The notes under the pieces were generated by a model. It was not told the DNA's origin. It was given only the letters and a program-made list of their open reading frames with translations, and made no database searches. From an uncultured Acidobacteriota bacterium (GTDB lineage Bacteria > Acidobacteriota > UBA6911), in the NCBI GenBank assembly GCA_963827655.1, contig CAWHCF010000049.1, positions 32,001-96,000 on the forward strand: a DNA stretch of 64,000 bases, read 5' to 3'. Positions 49,931 to 59,460 of the stretch are shown here, in pieces; positions within the stretch are counted from its first letter, which is position 1; the number at the start of each line of letters is the position of its first letter. Made by a program: the position numbers and the translations under genes.

Positions 49931-51080
49931 ATGGTCATGAAGTACTTTCGCATCATATGGAAAAACTGCATGCGCAACAAACGGCGCACGATTCTCACCG
50001 TCCTCAGCGTCGGGTTCTCGCTCTTTCTGGTCACGTTCCTGCGTACTCTGATGGTCGAGTTCAGCCGGACCAACGAAACGCCGACTGCCGTCCGCCGCAT
50101 CGCGGTGCACCGATCCACTTCCCTGCAGGAGGATATGCCCGAGGCTTATCGGAAGAGAATCGAGACGGTCCAGGACGTCGACCGGGTCGTCGGTATGGAT
50201 TGGTTTGGAGGTATTTACAAGGAGCCCAAAAACTTCTTCGCTAACTTCGCGGTCGAGCACGAAGACTTCTTCGACGTTTTCCCCGAAGTTCGTCTGGACA
50301 CCGCCGCCAAGCAGGCGTTCTTCGCCCAGCGCACGGCTGCATTCTGCGGAGTGAAACTGGCCGAGCGATTCGGCTGGAAGGTGGGGGACAAGGTCACGCT
50401 TCTGGGAACGATCTACCCTGCGGATCTCGAATTCATCCTGGTAGGGTTCTACACCAGCGCCGTTGATGAACGGACCTTCTACTTCCGGCGTGATTACATG
50501 CAGGAAGCGCTCGGAAAACCGGGAAAGGTGGGGGTCTTCTTTGTGCTGGCGCGGTCGCTGGAGGCCACGCCCGCGGGTCATCGAGAGAATTGACAGCATG
50601 TTTCGCAACACCGACGCCGAAACACTGAGCGAGACCGAGCGCGCCTTCCAGGCCGGATTCCAGACCATGATGGGAAATGTCCAGGGCCTGGTTCTTTCAA
50701 TCATGAGCGTGGTCGTTTTCATGATACTGCTCGTGGTTGGAAATGCCATGGCGATGAGCATCCGCGAACGTTCGCACGAAATTGCCATCATGAAGTCGCT
50801 CGGATTCCAGAACGAGTCCCTGATCGGCATCCTTTTGAGCGAATCGCTCTTAATCTCGCTGATGGGCGGCATTGTTGGCTGTTTCGGGGCCATAGTCCTG
50901 TTTCGCGCCATCGACATGACGCGCCTGAGCCAGGGATTTCTGCAGCAATTCCAAGTCGAGCCTTTGACACTGGCGCTTGGTTTTGGTGTCGCTCTGGGAG
51001 TGGGCATCATCAGCGGCGGGCTACCCGCTGTTCATGTGGTGCGATTAACGGTCTCCGATGGCCTGCGGCGCGTCGGGTGA
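49931..51080 (+). CDS. ABC transporter permease (MacB/FtsX family); frameshift near 50576
   Basis: RNKRRTILT-TM; periplasmic domain; second frame SIRERSHEIAIMKSLGF. Confidence 0.88.
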
Positions 51081-51082
51081 TA

Positions 51083-51168
51083 CGATTTACGATTGACGAT
51101 TGACGATTGACGATTGAAAAACGTCCTTCGACTCCAGATCGTCAATCGTCAATCGTCAATCGTAAATT
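51083..51168. repeat. Inverted pair of (CGATTGA)n heptamer arrays between co-oriented permease genes
   Basis: Direct reading. Confidence 0.9.
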
Positions 51169-51171
51169 GAG

Positions 51172-52335
51172 ATGGCGATACCACTGAAGTACAACATTCG
51201 AAATCTCTTCGTGCGGAAAGTGTCGACCGCTATGACCGTCTTCAGCATTTCGCTGGTCGTGGCCGTCTTCATGGCCCTGATGGCGCTGGCTACCGGAATG
51301 GATAAGACGTTCACTTCCTCGGGCGATCCGCGCAATGTTCTGGTCATCCGAAAGAGCGCCCAGGTCGAGACCAACAGTACAGTCAGGAAATCCGAGTACC
51401 AGATCATCCGGTATCTTCCTGGAATCGATACGGGGGCAAATGGTCAACCGCAGCTCTCTCCCGAGGTCATCGTGCTCCTGAATATTCCGCGGCGCGGCGA
51501 GCAGCTGGGCGCAAACGTGATCGTACGCGGCGTTGGCCCTGAGGGCTTCGAGCTGCGCCCGCAGCTGCGCATGGTCAAAGGCCGCCTCTTTCGACCCGGC
51601 TTGCGCGAGATGATTGTTTCCCTGAATATCGCGGGCCGGTTTCAAAACACCGACGTGGGAAACCAGATGAAGTTTGGCAAGGGAATGTGGACGGTCGTGG
51701 GCCATTTCGACGCCTCGCGCACCGCTTTTGATAGCGAGATGTGGGCGGACGTGGACGAGTTGGTTAACGAGTTCGGGCGCGAGGGCTATTCCTCGTTGCT
51801 CCTGCGCAGTCGTGACCCGAAGGCCCAGAAAGAACTGATCTCGCAGATCGACGGCGATCGACGGCTTTCGGTGGAAGCATTCTCGGAGCGCGAGTACTAC
51901 GACAAACAAACGATCGCGGCAATCGGTATCAAGACGCTGGCGACTCTCATGACGATCTTCATGGGGATCGGAGCGTGCTTTGCAGCCATGAACACAATGT
52001 ACGCGGCGGTTTCGAACCGTACGCGGGAGATTGGAACCATGCGCGCCATCGGCTTCTCACGCGCCAGCATCCTCCTCTCTTTCCTGATTGAGGCGGTGCT
52101 GCTGGCCCTGGTAGGCGGCGCCGTGGGGTGTCTCCTGGCCCTGCCTATCAACGGGATTACTACCGGGTCGGCCAACTTCAGCACTTTCAGCGAGGTCACC
52201 TACAACTTCAGAATCACTTTTCCCCTGATCGCCACTGCGCTGGCTCTGTCTGGATTCCTGGGTGTTATCGGGGGATTTCTGCCCGCGCGAACCGCCGCCA
52301 GGCAGCCCATCATCGAGGCGTTAAGAAGCATGTAG
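51172..52335 (+). CDS. ABC transporter permease (MacB/FtsX family)
   Basis: YNIRNL, MNTMYAAVSNRTREIGTMRAIGF, GGFLPARTAA. Confidence 0.93.
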   Translation: MAIPLKYNIRNLFVRKVSTAMTVFSISLVVAVFMALMALATGMDKTFTSSGDPRNVLVIRKSAQVETNSTVRKSEYQIIRYLPGIDTGANGQPQLSPEVIVLLNIPRRGEQLGANVIVRGVGPEGFELRPQLRMVKGRLFRPGLREMIVSLNIAGRFQNTDVGNQMKFGKGMWTVVGHFDASRTAFDSEMWADVDELVNEFGREGYSSLLLRSRDPKAQKELISQIDGDRRLSVEAFSEREYYDKQTIAAIGIKTLATLMTIFMGIGACFAAMNTMYAAVSNRTREIGTMRAIGFSRASILLSFLIEAVLLALVGGAVGCLLALPINGITTGSANFSTFSEVTYNFRITFPLIATALALSGFLGVIGGFLPARTAARQPIIEALRSM

Positions 52336-52349
52336 TTCACGCCGTAAGC

Positions 52350-52432
52350 ACGTGTCTCGTGTCTTCGCGTCGTTGTGGTTAGGGCTGCGGAACAAATACC
52401 ACTAAGACTCAAAGACACGAAGAAACACTAAG
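52350..52432. repeat. Composite palindromic octamer repeat unit
   Basis: GTGTCTTCGCGTCGTTGTGGTTAGGGCTGCGGAACAAATACCACTAAGACTCAAAGACACGAAGAAACACTAAG. Confidence 0.85.
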
Positions 52433-53139
52433 GATCTTTGCCCCAAACAAGGCCTTACTGAACGATAACACTGGGAACTTCGAAGGCCTACGTTGGGTTT
52501 CTGCTTGCCTTGCTTCTCTCCCTTTCTTGCGCCGCGGGAGCCATATCCGTATTTCGCGAGCTCTTTGTGCAGTCTCTTGCGGCCGCGGTGGACCCGGTTC
52601 ACGATATTCTGATAGCGCTCCGGATGCAACGCTCCCGCAATCTCATTGATCGGGAGCCCGGAAACCAGGAGTTCCATAACGGCTCGCTCGCGAGTCGGAA
52701 ATTTTTCGAGAATAGCGTCGACCAGAGCTCGCAGTTCCCTGAAGTGCATGGTCGATTCTGCCGCGGGCGGAGACCGAGTGAGGTATAACATGACATCGCT
52801 CAGGAATTCACGCCGCAAGGCAGAGTAGCGCTGTTCCCGGCGATAGTAGTTTCCGACCTTCTTGCGGAGAATGCCCATGCCCCAGACCAGCAGTCCCTTC
52901 TCCAGTTCGATTTCGGGGCACTTCTCGGTCATAGTCAGGAGCGTTTCCTGGACCAGATCTTCGGCATCCTCCGGGTTGTCGATTCGTAGAGCGGTCAGTT
53001 TACGAAGTACCATGCGGATGCGAGCGAGCTCTTCGGCCGGCCACTCGCTTAACTCCGCAAGCGATGAGCGCGTGGAAAGCGGCACCTCCTGGAATTGAGT
53101 TGAGCATCGAGGGAGAGAAGGACTTGCGATTTTCGACAC
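52402..53139 (-). CDS. ECF-type RNA polymerase sigma factor
   Basis: DAEDLVQET (region 2), W..GILRKK, region 4 INEIA...VHRGRKRL; start uncertain. Confidence 0.8.
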   Translation of the reverse strand: MSKIASPSLPRCSTQFQEVPLSTRSSLAELSEWPAEELARIRMVLRKLTALRIDNPEDAEDLVQETLLTMTEKCPEIELEKGLLVWGMGILRKKVGNYYRREQRYSALRREFLSDVMLYLTRSPPAAESTMHFRELRALVDAILEKFPTRERAVMELLVSGLPINEIAGALHPERYQNIVNRVHRGRKRLHKELAKYGYGSRGARKGEKQGKQKPNVGLRSSQCYRSVRPCLGQRSLVFLRVFES

Positions 53140-53297
53140 ACCTCAGCCCTCCAATCGAAAATAGGATTGTCGAGCCGTGGATCAGAAAAGGGCTACGGGC
53201 GGGCGACAATGCCGTCCCGGAGCGGAGCCCACGGGCGCAGGTGCCGGAATCTGGCTCGAGACGATGTGAGTTCGAGGTAGTCTGAGGGAACGCAGCG

Positions 53298-53326
53298 AAG
53301 GTAAGACTGAGCGAAGTGAGAGTCAA
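53298..53326 (-). promoter_or_regulatory. Putative sigma70 promoter upstream of the ECF gene
   Basis: Minus strand TTGACT-17-TACCTT. Confidence 0.4.
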
Positions 53327-53455
53327 GAGTTTTTTCTGAGGGCTTTCGTTTTTTCGCGGTCTCGCGTCTCTAAATGAGGACCGTTCACCCCCGATGCGAG
53401 GACGCCGGGAAAGGCGAAGGCGTGATGGTAAGGAACAGTCAATCGGAGAGCCTGC

Positions 53456-54835
53456 ATGAACATCTCAGTGATTGGTACAGGGTACGCCGGTCTCGTCACA
53501 GGAGCCTGCTTTGCCGAGTTTGGTCTGAAGGTCACCGGGGTCGATAAGGACAGAAAGAAGATTGAAGATCTTGCCAAGGGAAAGATGCCTATCTTCGAGC
53601 CTGGTCTGGAAGAGATCGTACGTCGCAACATGGGCACCGGATTCCTGCGCTTCACGACCGAGGTTGATGAAGCGATCCAGAATTCTCTGGTTATCTTCAT
53701 TGCGGTCGGCACGCCGGCGCTGCCGACGGGTGGAGCGGACCTCTCGTACGTAGACGATGTGTCGCGAGCGATTGCGCGCAATCTAAACGGCTACAAGGTC
53801 ATCGTCACCAAGAGCACCGTACCGGTCGGAACCGGGGATCGGATCCGCGCCACGATGGAGAAGGAACTGCGAAAGCGCAATCAGGCTAAGAAACAGCGTG
53901 GCCGGGTGGTGAACGCCGCCGCCGCGGCCTCAGGCAATCTGCCGCGAAGCGGCACCCCTATGTTCGACATAGCTTCCAATCCGGAGTTTCTGAGAGAGGG
54001 AAGCGCCGTGGATGATTTTCTCCATCCGGACCGGATCGTCATAGGCGCCGACAGCGAGCAAGCGATCGCAATCGTCAGAGATCTGTATAGCCCGCTCTAT
54101 CTCGGCGGCAAGACTCGCTTCGTGATTACCGATGTTCGAACGGCGGAGTTGATCAAATACGCAACCAATGCCTTTCTTGCCACCAAGATCACCTTCATTA
54201 ACGAGATCGCCAATCTCTGTGATCGGGTCGGCTCCAATGTGGCGACCATAGCCACCGCTCTCGGAATGGACGGCCGCATCAGCCCGAAATTCCTCAACCC
54301 GGGGCCGGGATTCGGCGGCTCATGCTTTCCGAAGGACACGCGAGCGCTCTGCCGGATTGCGGACGACGCCGGATATTACTTCGGGGTCCTGGATGCCGTG
54401 GTTAAGATAAACCAGAGACAGCCTCGCTTGATGGTGGATAAGATTCGCAAAGCGGCTGGAGGCCTGCGCGGCAAGACGATCGGCTTGCTGGGCCTTAGCT
54501 TCAAACCGAACACCGACGATATCCGGGAGTCGCCGGCCATCCTGATCGCCCGGGCGCTGAAGCGCGGGGGAGCCCAGGTTCGCGCCTGCGACCCGGTCTC
54601 AGGGCTTGCGGCAAAGAAAGAGCTTCCAGGCATCAGCGTCCTCACTGATGTAGACGCGGTAGCCCGCGGCGCCGACGCGCTGGTGATTGTTACCGAATGG
54701 AACCAGTACCGTAACCTCGACCTGGCCCGGCTCAAGAAGCTGATGAAGCGGCCCCTTCTGATTGATCTGCGCAATGTCTATCTGCCGGAGCGGGTGCGCG
54801 AGGCCGGCGTCGAGTATGTAGGAATCGGCCAGTGA
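53456..54835 (+). CDS. ugd: UDP-glucose 6-dehydrogenase
   Basis: GTGYAG, IAVGTP, KSTVPVGT, SNPEFLREG, AELIKY, GFGGSCFPKD, FKPNTDDIRESP. Confidence 0.95.
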   Translation: MNISVIGTGYAGLVTGACFAEFGLKVTGVDKDRKKIEDLAKGKMPIFEPGLEEIVRRNMGTGFLRFTTEVDEAIQNSLVIFIAVGTPALPTGGADLSYVDDVSRAIARNLNGYKVIVTKSTVPVGTGDRIRATMEKELRKRNQAKKQRGRVVNAAAAASGNLPRSGTPMFDIASNPEFLREGSAVDDFLHPDRIVIGADSEQAIAIVRDLYSPLYLGGKTRFVITDVRTAELIKYATNAFLATKITFINEIANLCDRVGSNVATIATALGMDGRISPKFLNPGPGFGGSCFPKDTRALCRIADDAGYYFGVLDAVVKINQRQPRLMVDKIRKAAGGLRGKTIGLLGLSFKPNTDDIRESPAILIARALKRGGAQVRACDPVSGLAAKKELPGISVLTDVDAVARGADALVIVTEWNQYRNLDLARLKKLMKRPLLIDLRNVYLPERVREAGVEYVGIGQ

Positions 54836-54842
54836 TCAATTC

Positions 54843-54951
54843 CGATTGCGGATTGCATGCGATTGCGGATTGCGGATTGCGGATTGAACTCAATTGAGAC
54901 TGCAAGGCTTTCAAGTTCGGATTTAAATCCGCAATCCGCAATCCGCAATCG
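54843..54951. repeat. Inverted pair of (GATTGCG)n heptamer arrays between convergent genes
   Basis: Direct reading. Confidence 0.9.
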
Positions 54952-55962
54952 TTACTGGCGCTTTTGGGCGGAGGGAAGTTCGTTCGGGGCGAAATAGCCG
55001 GGGCGCGCCGCAACCACGGCGGTAGGATGGTTCACCTGCACCTGGATTCGACGGTAGCTGCCATCCTTGATCGTATTATTGGAGATGTAGGCGATCGTGT
55101 ACTGATTGCGTAGTTCCTCGCTTACTTCGGCGTAAACGTTGTCTAACTGACCAAAGTTATTGGGGTAAAGCACGCGCCCTCCGGTTTCGAAGGCGATCTT
55201 TCGCAGGGCAAGATCGGCCTGAACGAAGGCCTCGTGCGGAATGTTGTAGATCCGCTCTTTCGCCATTTCGAACATCAGCGAGTTGCGCACGGCTTCGGTC
55301 TTGCTGACGATGTAGATCATGGCTTCGGAACGAATGGCGGAATCGAGCATCTCGTTGTATGAAACCGTGCTGTTGGTGTCTAGACCGTCGCTCATCAGGA
55401 TCATGGCTTTTTTCTCGCGTATGTTCTTGAAGACGTCGTTAGACACAACCCAGATGGCGTCCCAGAGGTTCGTCCCCCCCTTGCAGTAGACGGATGTGAG
55501 CACAGGATCGAGGCGGTCCGCCTTGCTTCCCCAGTCCATCTTGAGCCGGGTTTCCTCGTTGAAAGTCACCAGCGAGAACTGGTCCTCCGGCTTCAGGTTC
55601 TCAATGAACTTCTTGGTGGCGTACTTGATCGAACCCCACTCCAGGCGCACGCTGCCGCTGATGTCCAGGACGAGCGCGATCCGCGTGGGAACGCCCTCCT
55701 GCGAAAACGCAAGGATTTCTTGCTCCTGGCCGTCTTCAAGAACGCGGAACGAGCTCTGAGGCAATGCCTTTATGAATCCCCCACCCGGATTTCGCACCGT
55801 GACCGGAACGGTGACCAGGTTCACCTCCACGCCGATCTTGAAGCCCTCCTGTCCCTTTTTCTCCGCCGGCACTTGTTTCTCCGGCGGCACTTGAGGCTTT
55901 TCCTGAGACCACAACCCCGATAGGGTGAGACCCGTAAGAATCAATAGAATTGAGGCTCGCAT
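54952..55962 (-). CDS. Secreted VWA-domain protein (acidobacterial VWFA type)
   Basis: VNLVTVPVTV, F..LEDG.EQ.I, MIDAS DISGS, T.LWDA, SDGLD, TGG, ELRNQY.IAY, RPGY. Confidence 0.9.
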   Translation of the reverse strand: MRASILLILTGLTLSGLWSQEKPQVPPEKQVPAEKKGQEGFKIGVEVNLVTVPVTVRNPGGGFIKALPQSSFRVLEDGQEQEILAFSQEGVPTRIALVLDISGSVRLEWGSIKYATKKFIENLKPEDQFSLVTFNEETRLKMDWGSKADRLDPVLTSVYCKGGTNLWDAIWVVSNDVFKNIREKKAMILMSDGLDTNSTVSYNEMLDSAIRSEAMIYIVSKTEAVRNSLMFEMAKERIYNIPHEAFVQADLALRKIAFETGGRVLYPNNFGQLDNVYAEVSEELRNQYTIAYISNNTIKDGSYRRIQVQVNHPTAVVAARPGYFAPNELPSAQKRQ

Positions 55963-55966
55963 AGGT

Positions 55967-57397
55967 TTAGCACCCTGGCTGGTCGCGCTTCCCGAGGGCA
56001 TCCGGGAGTCTTTGGTAGATGCCACCAAAGCCTCCGTTGGACATTATGACAATGCAGTCACCGCTGCGCGCTTCGCGGCAAACGGTTTCTATTATACCCT
56101 CGACGTTTTCCAGATGCCAGGCAAGCCGGCCGAGCCGGCGCAGGTCGTCGATGACCTGCTGCGGATCCAGGCGCTCCGCAGCCGCTATTTTCTCCGCTTT
56201 GAAAAGTCCCGGGATCGCGACGCAATCGGCCAGGCTGAGAGCTTCGGTAATCTCCCGCTGAAAGAGCTTGCGCCGGCTGGTTGCCGAGCGGGGTTCGTAG
56301 ATTGCCCACAAACGCTCCGGATTGAAGCTGTGTCGCATCGCCTCCAACGTTTCCCGGACTGCAGTAGGATGGTGAGCGAAATCTTCGTAGATCCGAATGT
56401 TCCCCACCTCGGCCCGAAATTCCAGCCGGCGACGAACTCCTTGAAACGATTCTAACGCCTCACGGATTTCGTCTTCCGCCAGCCCCAGCTGATAGAGGAT
56501 AGCCGTTGCCGCCAGGGCATTCCGGATGTTGAAGGCTCCGATCATTCCCAGATTCATCCGGCGCAAAAGTTTTTTCTGGTACATCACGTCGAAACTGAGA
56601 CGGCTATTCTCGAGTTGCCAGTTCCGGGCGCTCCAGTCACTCTCAGGATTCAAGCCGAAGGTCTCTTTTATGCAATAGGCGTTGCCGCAGACTTCGAGCG
56701 CGAGCGGACTGTCGGCGCCCACGGCCAGATACCCGCGTTCCGGGATCAGGTTTACCAGGCGGGAAAACTGGAGGCGGATCGAATCCAGGTCCGGGTAGAT
56801 ATCGGCGTGATCAAACTCCACGTTGGCCACCACGGCCAGATCGGGAAGATAGTGAAGAAACTTCGGCGCTTTGTCGAAGAAGGCAGAATCGTATTCGTCG
56901 CCTTCGATTACAAACGGTTTTCCACCCTCGAGGCCGTAACTCGACTGAAAATTCTGAGCGATTCCACCAATGAGGAAATTGGGTCGGCGTCCGGCTGAAT
57001 GAAGAGCCCAGGCGATCATCGAGGTCGTGGTAGTTTTGCCATGAGTACCTGCGACCACGACGGAAGTCTTGTCGCGGAGAAAGAACTCCCGGATGGCTTC
57101 GGGAAGGGAAGCATACGGGATCTTGAAATTGAGAACGTACTCGATCTCCGGATTCCTCCGGGAAAGAGCGTTTCCGACGATCACCAGGTCCGGTTCCGGT
57201 TTCAGGTGAGCGAGATCGAAGCCCCGGGCCACGGGAATCTGTTTTTGCGCGAGAAAGTCGCTCATGGGAGGATAAATCCCTTCGTCGGATCCCGAGACCT
57301 GGTGCCCCCGTTCCTTCAGCATCGCCGCCAGGGTGGCCATGCCGGTTCCGCAAATCCCGATGAAATGAATGTGCTTGATCGTATCCTTTAACAACAT
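55967..57397 (-). CDS. mpl: Murein tripeptide ligase Mpl (MurC-like)
   Basis: GICGTGM, GTHGKTTT, EGDEYDSAFFDK..KFLHY, FDHADIY, DFAHHPT, MSNGGFGG. Confidence 0.93.
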   Translation of the reverse strand: MLLKDTIKHIHFIGICGTGMATLAAMLKERGHQVSGSDEGIYPPMSDFLAQKQIPVARGFDLAHLKPEPDLVIVGNALSRRNPEIEYVLNFKIPYASLPEAIREFFLRDKTSVVVAGTHGKTTTTSMIAWALHSAGRRPNFLIGGIAQNFQSSYGLEGGKPFVIEGDEYDSAFFDKAPKFLHYLPDLAVVANVEFDHADIYPDLDSIRLQFSRLVNLIPERGYLAVGADSPLALEVCGNAYCIKETFGLNPESDWSARNWQLENSRLSFDVMYQKKLLRRMNLGMIGAFNIRNALAATAILYQLGLAEDEIREALESFQGVRRRLEFRAEVGNIRIYEDFAHHPTAVRETLEAMRHSFNPERLWAIYEPRSATSRRKLFQREITEALSLADCVAIPGLFKAEKIAAAERLDPQQVIDDLRRLGRLAWHLENVEGIIETVCREARSGDCIVIMSNGGFGGIYQRLPDALGKRDQPGC

Positions 57398-57490
57398 TGC
57401 GGCCGCCGGCCCATAGGTAACTTTGCTCTTCGCGATTGTTTGTGCACGATCCTAGATCCTAAATCCGTTTTGTTGTGATAAAAGAGAAGA

Positions 57491-57706
57491 ATGCACACTC
57501 TCCTCGAGATTTTCAACGAGCGCGGCGCGCGGGACGAGAGAAAAATCGAACAGATCTGCGAAAGCTTCGACATGGACTGCGTCGATCTCGACCATGAGGC
57601 CTGCTGGCGAGGCACGCCGGGAATCATGCCTTGCTGTGGTCTTGAAGTGGAGTTCGAGAAAGTGCGCGGCATCTGCCCGTTTCTTTGGTTAAGACAGAAA
57701 TCGTAA
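57491..57706 (+). CDS. Small Cys-rich hypothetical protein (71 aa)
   Basis: Fills the mpl-M48 gap, purine-rich upstream, GC3-rich codons, six Cys. Confidence 0.55.
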   Translation: MHTLLEIFNERGARDERKIEQICESFDMDCVDLDHEACWRGTPGIMPCCGLEVEFEKVRGICPFLWLRQKS

Positions 57707-57788
57707 TCGTCCCGAACCTTTTGCTGCCGGGAAATATCTAAACCCATATCACGCAACCTATAGCCTCCACGTTTTTGGGGGAACATCG

Positions 57789-58661
57789 ATGAACTCATTG
57801 GCGGAGAAGATGATCGAGATCCTCACGCTGCTGGTACTGGGTTTGTCGATACCTGGTCAAGCCGACAGGAGGCACGCCGATGTGGAGAACATCGGAAGGC
57901 GGACGCTTTCGGGACTGGCGGGAAGCCTTCTTCCGGAATCAATGTCGCTGGAAAAGGAAATTGCGCTCGGCAAACAGGCTGCAGCCCAGCTCGAAAACAC
58001 CATCCGGCTGATCGAGGAGCCTCTGATCTCCGGGTATATCGACAGGCTTGGTCAAAATCTGGTGCAGCATTCTGATGCCAGGGTTCCGTTTCGGATCAAG
58101 GTCCTTGACAGCAAAGAAGTCGATGCTTGTGCCCTTCCGGGCGGCTATCTTTACGTGACCAGCGGGCTCGTCCTGGCCGCTGAAAACGAAGCGGAGCTGG
58201 CCGGCGCGATGGCCCACGGGATTTCCCACGTGGCGGCGCGGCACGCGGCGCAGGTGCTCGCTAAGGCGCGAGTGTTGCGGGTCACCGCCCTTCCCGCCCA
58301 TCTCATTCCGGGCCACTGGCCGGGGCCGACGGAACGCGATGCCACAGGTCCAGGGTCGGAAATGGAGCTAACGACCATGAAGCGTGAAGCTGAAAACGAA
58401 GCCGATCAACTCGGGATGCAGTACCTGTGGAATTCAGGCTATGACGCGGGTGCCTACATTGTCTTCCTCGAAAGGTTTCTCGAACTTGCAAAAGAACGGC
58501 CGGCTCCAGGTTTTGTTCGGGCTTTGCCGGATACCCGAGCTCGGATTGCGGCTTCGACGAATGAACTGCGCTACCTTCCCGTGAAAGACCGCTCCGTAGT
58601 CGATACCTCTGAATTTGAGCGGGTTCAGCAGAGACTGCGCGCCTTGAGCGCTCGAGACTGA
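57789..58661 (+). CDS. M48 family peptidase homolog (HExxH reads HGISH)
   Basis: ALPGGYLYV.SGL, EAELAGAMAHGISHVAARH, ENEADQLG.QYL..SGYD. Confidence 0.85.
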   Translation: MNSLAEKMIEILTLLVLGLSIPGQADRRHADVENIGRRTLSGLAGSLLPESMSLEKEIALGKQAAAQLENTIRLIEEPLISGYIDRLGQNLVQHSDARVPFRIKVLDSKEVDACALPGGYLYVTSGLVLAAENEAELAGAMAHGISHVAARHAAQVLAKARVLRVTALPAHLIPGHWPGPTERDATGPGSEMELTTMKREAENEADQLGMQYLWNSGYDAGAYIVFLERFLELAKERPAPGFVRALPDTRARIAASTNELRYLPVKDRSVVDTSEFERVQQRLRALSARD

Positions 58662-58667
58662 AGCACG

Positions 58668-59336
58668 CTACCGCACTCCGACGGCTCGCAGGGGAGGCTT
58701 CTGCCGGAGGGCGGCTTCGAGTGTGTCGTGAATTTGCCTGGTCAGCGAGGCCGCGGCCTTTTCAAATTCGTCCTTGTTCCCGGCCCGGATCGACGGAGTG
58801 GATATCAGGCGCAGGTAGTTCACAACGACCTTGCGCGGGCGCGGGACGCGCATCTCCGCGCTCCAGACTTGCCCGCCTCCTTCGACCAGGACCGGGAGGA
58901 TGGGAGCGCCCGTTTTCAGAGCCAGCCGGGCGGCCCCTTCCTTGAAAGGCATCAGGTTGCCATCAGGCGACCGACCGCCTTCGGGGAATATCATCAGCGC
59001 TTCTTGCTTCTGCAAGATCGTCAGCGCTTTCTTGTACGCGCCAAACTCGGGAGCCTCCAGGTTAACCGGAAAAGCGCCGAGCCAGCGGAATATGGCGCCC
59101 GCGATCGGAAATCCGAAAATCTTATCCCAGGCCATGAAGCGAACCGCACGATAAATCCGGACGCTGACCCAGAAGGGATCGAAGTAAGTGACGTGGTTAG
59201 GCGTGATGATGAGTGGTCCGCGCTCCGGGATGTTTTCCATTCCATGGTGCTCAATGCGAAAAAGAATACGCATGGCGAGGAATAGCGAGCCGCGGAGAAG
59301 ATGAACTGAGAAACGATCCTGGCCCTGATCAAACAT
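58668..59336 (-). CDS. plsC: 1-acyl-sn-glycerol-3-phosphate acyltransferase family
   Basis: NHVTYFD (HX4D), IFPEGGRS, FKEGAA. Confidence 0.9.
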   Translation of the reverse strand: MFDQGQDRFSVHLLRGSLFLAMRILFRIEHHGMENIPERGPLIITPNHVTYFDPFWVSVRIYRAVRFMAWDKIFGFPIAGAIFRWLGAFPVNLEAPEFGAYKKALTILQKQEALMIFPEGGRSPDGNLMPFKEGAARLALKTGAPILPVLVEGGGQVWSAEMRVPRPRKVVVNYLRLISTPSIRAGNKDEFEKAAASLTRQIHDTLEAALRQKPPLRAVGVR

Positions 59337-59338
59337 TT

Positions 59339-59460
59339 CGATTTACGATTGACGATTTACGATTGACGATTTTTGGAAACAGCGACGCGAAAACCTATCT
59401 CAACCTGGCGCTCCCGTCGAGATTGATAAATCGTCAATCGTCAATCGTAAATCGTCAATT
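59339..59460. repeat. Inverted pair of (CGATTGA/CGATTTA)n heptamer arrays
   Basis: Direct reading; overlaps the MFS stop and abuts the plsC start. Confidence 0.9.
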
